From: Octopus sinensis
Taxonomy: Eukaryota
Direction: 5' to 3'
Assembly: GCF_006345805.1 (NCBI RefSeq)
Contig: NC_043016.1
Span: 6,262,001 to 6,326,000 of the forward strand
DNA: 64,000 nucleotides
Position numbers and translations under genes: made by a program
The notes under the pieces: model-generated
What the model was told of the DNA's origin: nothing
Databases searched by the model: none
What the model saw: the letters and a program-made list of their open reading frames with translations, nothing else
Shown here: piece by piece, positions 59,484-64,000 of the stretch
How the letters are laid out: each line of letters begins with the position of its first letter
Position numbering within the stretch: the stretch's first letter is position 1

Positions 59484-60240
59484 TACAGGGTGCAGTGAAT
59501 AAACTATTGTCTAAATTATACAGAAATGGAAATAACACTGACATCTCACTTTAACAGATATATTTACCAAAATTACATTAAAATATTGTGAAATACTAAA
59601 GAGTAAATTTATTCTATAAAATCGTCATTGGCTTCAATCACAGCTGCCAGACGACTTCAGAATCTCCTGCAACTCTTCTAGATGGTCTCTTAGTTTAAAT
59701 TGGTGAATGATGCCATAATTCTTGCCTTCAGTTCATCTTTGGTGTTACAAGAAGTTTTGTTGGTCTCTTGCTCAACTGTGACCCACACATAATAATCAAA
59801 GGATTTGCAGTCTGGGGAGTTAGATGGTCAGATATTAGGGATGACGTGGTCATAGAAATTGTATGGCAGCCATGACTAGATTCTCTTGCTTGTGTGGAAT
59901 AGTGCAGAGTCCTGTTGCCACCCTTTTGACCCAGGCAGTACTACCTCCTCCAAGCATTTGATGTAGACCTCTGTGTTGAGTCTGAAGCTGTGCGGGAAGT
60001 TGAATAGAGGTATAACATCTTCATCACTAGCAATCACTTCAAATGCCATGATGTTCACTAGATGTTTGATTTTTATCACCCTTGGTACATGTCCTCAGAT
60101 TATACTGTCCTGAGATTGACATTCAAACACTCTGAAATGTTCATATTGGAGCTTCTAGCATAGATGCCAAACAGTACAGCATGTTGTTTCCAAATTTCTG
60201 GCAGAGTGAATTGCCTCATGGTGCTGTTTTCCTCACAGAC
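59484..60240 (-). mobile_element. DD37D (maT-like) transposon 3' part with terminal TIR
   Basis: WQQD-x37-D(YYVW), counted with two in-frame stops. The terminus is TA-CAGGGTG at 59484. Confidence 0.85.
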
Positions 60241-60381
60241 AGTGCCCAACTGACCCTACTATACTGTGTAGTTGACAAAATCAAAAGCAAACAATATACA
60301 TGCATGAAATTAAAAATATAAAATGGCAACAATTTACCCATCACGTTCTGTATATATAGATATATCATCATCTACATCACG

Positions 60382-60750
60382 ATCATCATTTAACATCCAT
60401 TATCCATGCTGGCATGAGTTGGACGGTTTGACCAGGGCTAGCAAATTGAGGGGCTGCATCACACTCCGGTCTGATTTGGCATGGTTTCTATGGCTGGATG
60501 CTCTTCCTAACACCAACCACTTTGAGAGTGTAATGAGTGCTTTTACATGCCACTGGCCAGTTATGTGACATTGGTATCAGCAACATTGCCTCTATGAGGC
60601 ACAGTGCTCAAACGGTGCCTTTTATGTGCCATCAGCAAGGCTGCTAGTTGTGTGACACCAGTTTTGGCCACATTATCTTAGTGAGACCCATCGTTCGAAT
60701 GGTGTTTTTCATGTACAACCGACACAGGTACCAGTTACACATGATGGCAG
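60382..60750 (-). mobile_element. Decayed RTE 3'-UTR copy
   Basis: Conserved motifs with many CpG transitions. Confidence 0.8.
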
Positions 60751-60769
60751 CACCAGAATATATATATAT

Positions 60770-61000
60770 GAATATATTTCTTTATTGCCCACAAGGAGCT
60801 AAACATAGAGGAGACAAACAAGGACAAAGGGATTAAGTCGATTACATCGACCCCAGTGCATAACTGGTACTTAATTTATCGACCCCAAAAGGATGAAAAG
60901 CAAAGTCGACCTCAGCAGAATTTGAACTCACAACGTAACGGCAGACAAAATACGGCTACGCATTTTGCCCGGCGTGCTAGCGTTTCTGCCAGATCGCCAC
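60770..61000 (-). mobile_element. tRNA-derived SINE (family D)
   Basis: Colinear with 17025-17252. Confidence 0.88.
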
Positions 61001-61125
61001 CTTTACATATTCATATATATATATGAATATGTGTGTGTGTATAAGTCATCTAAGAGTCCATAAGTCAGGAAAAAAATGCACTTGTATATCTGTTGATAAA
61101 GTGGGTATTTCTTAAAAAATGTACA

Positions 61126-61358
61126 GTATTATATGTCCATCACAGCCAATCTTACCCATCAGCTTTGCACCAGTGAATCAACAGAGTGTTAAGTAACACT
61201 CCAATTACATAACCCTGCACATATCAGAGGTAGCCTTTATTTAACAACAGCTACCTCTGATGAGTGCAAGATTACATAATCAGATTGTTACCTAACACTC
61301 TGTTGAATCCCTAGCATAAAACTGATTGGTAATATTGGCCATAATGGATATATAATAC
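61126..61358. repeat. Foldback element with arms of about 100 bp
   Basis: ATCAGAGGTAGC pairs with GCTACCTCTGAT, AACAGAGTGTTA with TAACACTCTGTT, and GTATTATATGTCCAT with ATGGATATATAATAC. Confidence 0.8.
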
Positions 61359-61743
61359 TCTACACTTTGGATAATAAGTATGTGTGTGTGTGTGTATATG
61401 TCCATTTTCTCATATACACAAGTTTAGATACTCCTTCTTGGTACATAAAATGCATACTATGGTCTTGCTATTTTTAATTTATGAATGGAAATTAGCCTTA
61501 TTTTTTCATATGATTTGTTTTTGCAGCCAACTATCTACAAGGAAATAATTTATGGATACACTAGATACACAAAACTTTAACTTTATTCAGTATTTTTAAT
61601 AGATAGGTTGTGACCACTCTTCTCCAAATATTTGTTTTATTTAGAAATGTTTACGACTCTTCTTGCCTCAGCTGTTAGTAACTCATCATTCTAACTTCAA
61701 TTTTTTTTAATAAGAAAGTCCCAAACAAGGCAAGAAGCCACAA

Positions 61744-62260
61744 TCATCATCATCGTTTAACGTCCGTTTTCCGTGCTAGTACGGGTTGGACGGTTCGACC
61801 GGGGTCTGGGAAGCCAGGAGGCTTCACCAGGCTCCAGTCTGATCTGGCAGTGTTTCTACAGCTAGATCCCCTCCCTAACGCCAACCACTCCGTGAGTGTA
61901 GTGGGTGCTTTTTATATGCCACTGGCACAGGTGCCAGGGGAGGCTGGCAGCATCCATGATTGGTTGGTACTTTTTATGTGCCACCGGCACAAAAGCCAGT
62001 CAAGGTGGCGCTAGCATCGGCCATGTTCGGATGGTGCTTCTTACGTGCCACCGGCACAGGTATCACAGCTACTATTTCCATTTGATATTTATTTTGATGT
62101 TGATGTACTTGACTCAATAGGTCTCCTCAAGCACAGCAGGTCATGTGCCACCAGCACAGAAGCTAGTCAAGGCAGCATTGGCATCGGCCACGTTCGGATT
62201 GTGCTTTTTACGTGTCGCTGGCACAGGTATCATAACTACATAACTTCCATTTGATATTTG
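61744..62260 (-). mobile_element. Long RTE 3'-UTR copy with several hairpin units
   Basis: The tail, the conserved block and about 5 GTGCCACCGGCAC-type units. Confidence 0.9.
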
Positions 62261-62699
62261 AAGTTAATAATAGATGATGAAAAAAAAAAATTATTTACTT
62301 TAGACTTGAAAGTGTTCAGGTCATAAGTGGGGAAATCAATAAGATGAAAGAAAGTTCCAAAGCCTAGCAGTTCAAGAAAATAAGTTACGACTGTAAAAAG
62401 ACTTCCTTATGAGTGGAAGCACACTAGCATTTAAGTGAAAACGCTGTGAGTTTTGAATTAGGTAAGATGGAACAAATTGGTCTGGAACTAAGAAAGAAAT
62501 CTTATCACAGCATTTCCTGTGGCAATAATAATAGAAAAGTCTAAGACCATAAAATAGGTAATGAAGAGTTATTTGGAGAGTTGATGTTTGGCATCAAGAC
62601 AGGATATTTCATTATTGGCTGTTTCAGTAACTTTACTAGTGCAACAATCTGTCAACTCTGGCTAGTACCATCATTGCTGCTACAACCTATTAACAAACA

Positions 62700-63180
62700 A
62701 TAACCTGCATTGCATTGCTATCACCATACATATAAAGTCCTGCGAAAAACTACTACCATCCAACTTGCCTATTTCATACATACAATGATATTTATATAAA
62801 GCTCAAGAGAAAATCATAAGGAACTGTTTCCACATCTGGAATAGAGCTGTTGTTACACAGACTAACATCCTGGATCACTTGACTGATTGACAATCAATCA
62901 CTGGCACATTCCAGCATCTGACCCACAAGCATGCTGTCTCCCCTCTGTCTTTTCTATCAATGGCCTCTTCTCCTCAGAGCTCTACCATTTAGATACTTCT
63001 GACTCACTCTTCTCTCCTATTTTCAACACTCTTGATGTATCCAATGTTCTTCTTTCCCTGCACTAACCATTTTACTCAATCCTTCATCCCCAGAACATTG
63101 CTGCTCTGGAATCCCTTCTTTCTAATGCCTTTCCTCTAGGTATTGAGCTGCGACAGTTTAAACAGAATATTAATAACATC
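62700..63180 (+). mobile_element. Old CR1/L2/Jockey-like LINE 3' remnant
   Basis: Decayed LYKAQ..., S.FY.NG..S.EL..., LWN.L...FP...L..FK..IN pattern. Confidence 0.4.
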
Positions 63181-63319
63181 AGCCTCACCATGTAGCACCC
63201 AAGAAATCGGAAGAAATTATTTGGAAAATTTCCAAGATGATGCTGTAGTGATTTGAATCCTAACCACTAGACAATTGGTTAGACACCATGAGTAAACACA
63301 ATAGTTTCATATGATCTGT

Positions 63320-64000
63320 CTATTAAGCAGCCAATCAGCTTGAAGCCATGATATGGTGCCATTTTCTAGAACACTTTTTTGGTACTCTACCTGAAACCAC
63401 TTTTAGTACCTAAACACTCTGCAGAATGTGTGAAGGCAGCTCAGCAACATACTCCTCTATTCTTGCCACTCTGATAGTTTCAGGCGTTTGGGCAGATAGC
63501 CTAGGACAACCAAAGACTTATGACAACACAAAGATGGTGCCGTTGGTTTCAGATATGTAGGGCTGACTGCATGTTGCTGTATCAATAGCTTCCTGTAGTC
63601 TTAGGGCAGTATCTCTCTCCGCGTCTCTTATTGGTTAACTGTAAATGGCCAATACAGATTGTCTTTATGTACAGCAATAAATTCTTCAGCTAAATGTACA
63701 CGGGGTTTTACTTCAATTAATCAAACAGCCAATGAAATATATCTTTGTTCACCAACTTGACAACAGCAGACAACCACACATATCAGTACAACGATATGAC
63801 AATAAAATCGTACAATTCTGTCATAAATGGAAGAGAAGGGTGCAATCTACGAAAGATAGAACGTGCTGACTAGTGACGTAAAAGATATCTGGTTGAAAAA
63901 AATTATTATTATATGTACATAAAACGAAAGCTCGTCGATGAAATCACCGATAGCTGAATCTGTGCTCATTTAATATTTAAAATTAAGCACAACCATTGTG
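63320..64000. promoter_or_regulatory. Candidate promoter-like unique sequence
   Basis: No recognisable repeat. CCAAT/ATTGG at 63331, 63630, 63649 and 63729, TGACGTAA at 63874-63881, and more CpG than the neighbouring unique DNA. Motif evidence only. Confidence 0.2.

Noticed and set aside
61256-61300. CTGATGA as a hammerhead core
   Set aside because: There is no downstream GAAA or stem III, and it is explained as part of the foldback arm.

Overview
AT-rich eukaryotic DNA with very dense microsatellites, almost entirely made of transposon debris. The repeat families and the (TA)/(CA)/(GATA)/(TGA)n density resemble octopus (Octopus sp.) intergenic or intronic DNA; this is recognition from memory, not a database result. 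I found no host protein-coding exon, rRNA, true tRNA gene or CRISPR array. Most supplied ORFs are either microsatellite read-through or transposon fragments. Retroelements: at least 6 pieces of one RTE-clade LINE family, more than 20 copies of its (TGA)n-tailed 3' UTR, a BovB-like RTE with another RTE nested in it, four R4/Dong-type restriction-like-endonuclease LINE pieces, CR1-like 3' ends, a Penelope GIY-YIG fragment, a gag-deleted Gypsy element with a 5-bp TSD, and four tRNA-derived SINE families. DNA transposons: a full-length dead DD34D mariner, three DD37D (maT-like) fragments, a Tc1-like element with D-36-E spacing, several MITEs and foldbacks, and Helitron-like ends. Best leads: (1) a C4HC3 PHD finger embedded downstream of the RT core in the dominant RTE family; (2) a higher-order tandem array built inside the 3' UTR of the youngest RTE copy; (3) seven scattered minimal hammerhead-ribozyme-like motifs from several families, one well formed but with a CUGUUGA core variant; (4) the DD36E transposase; (5) a MITE with a 6-bp TSD and telomere-like internal repeats. 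Coordinates were read by eye. Element boundaries without a TSD or TIR are approximate.
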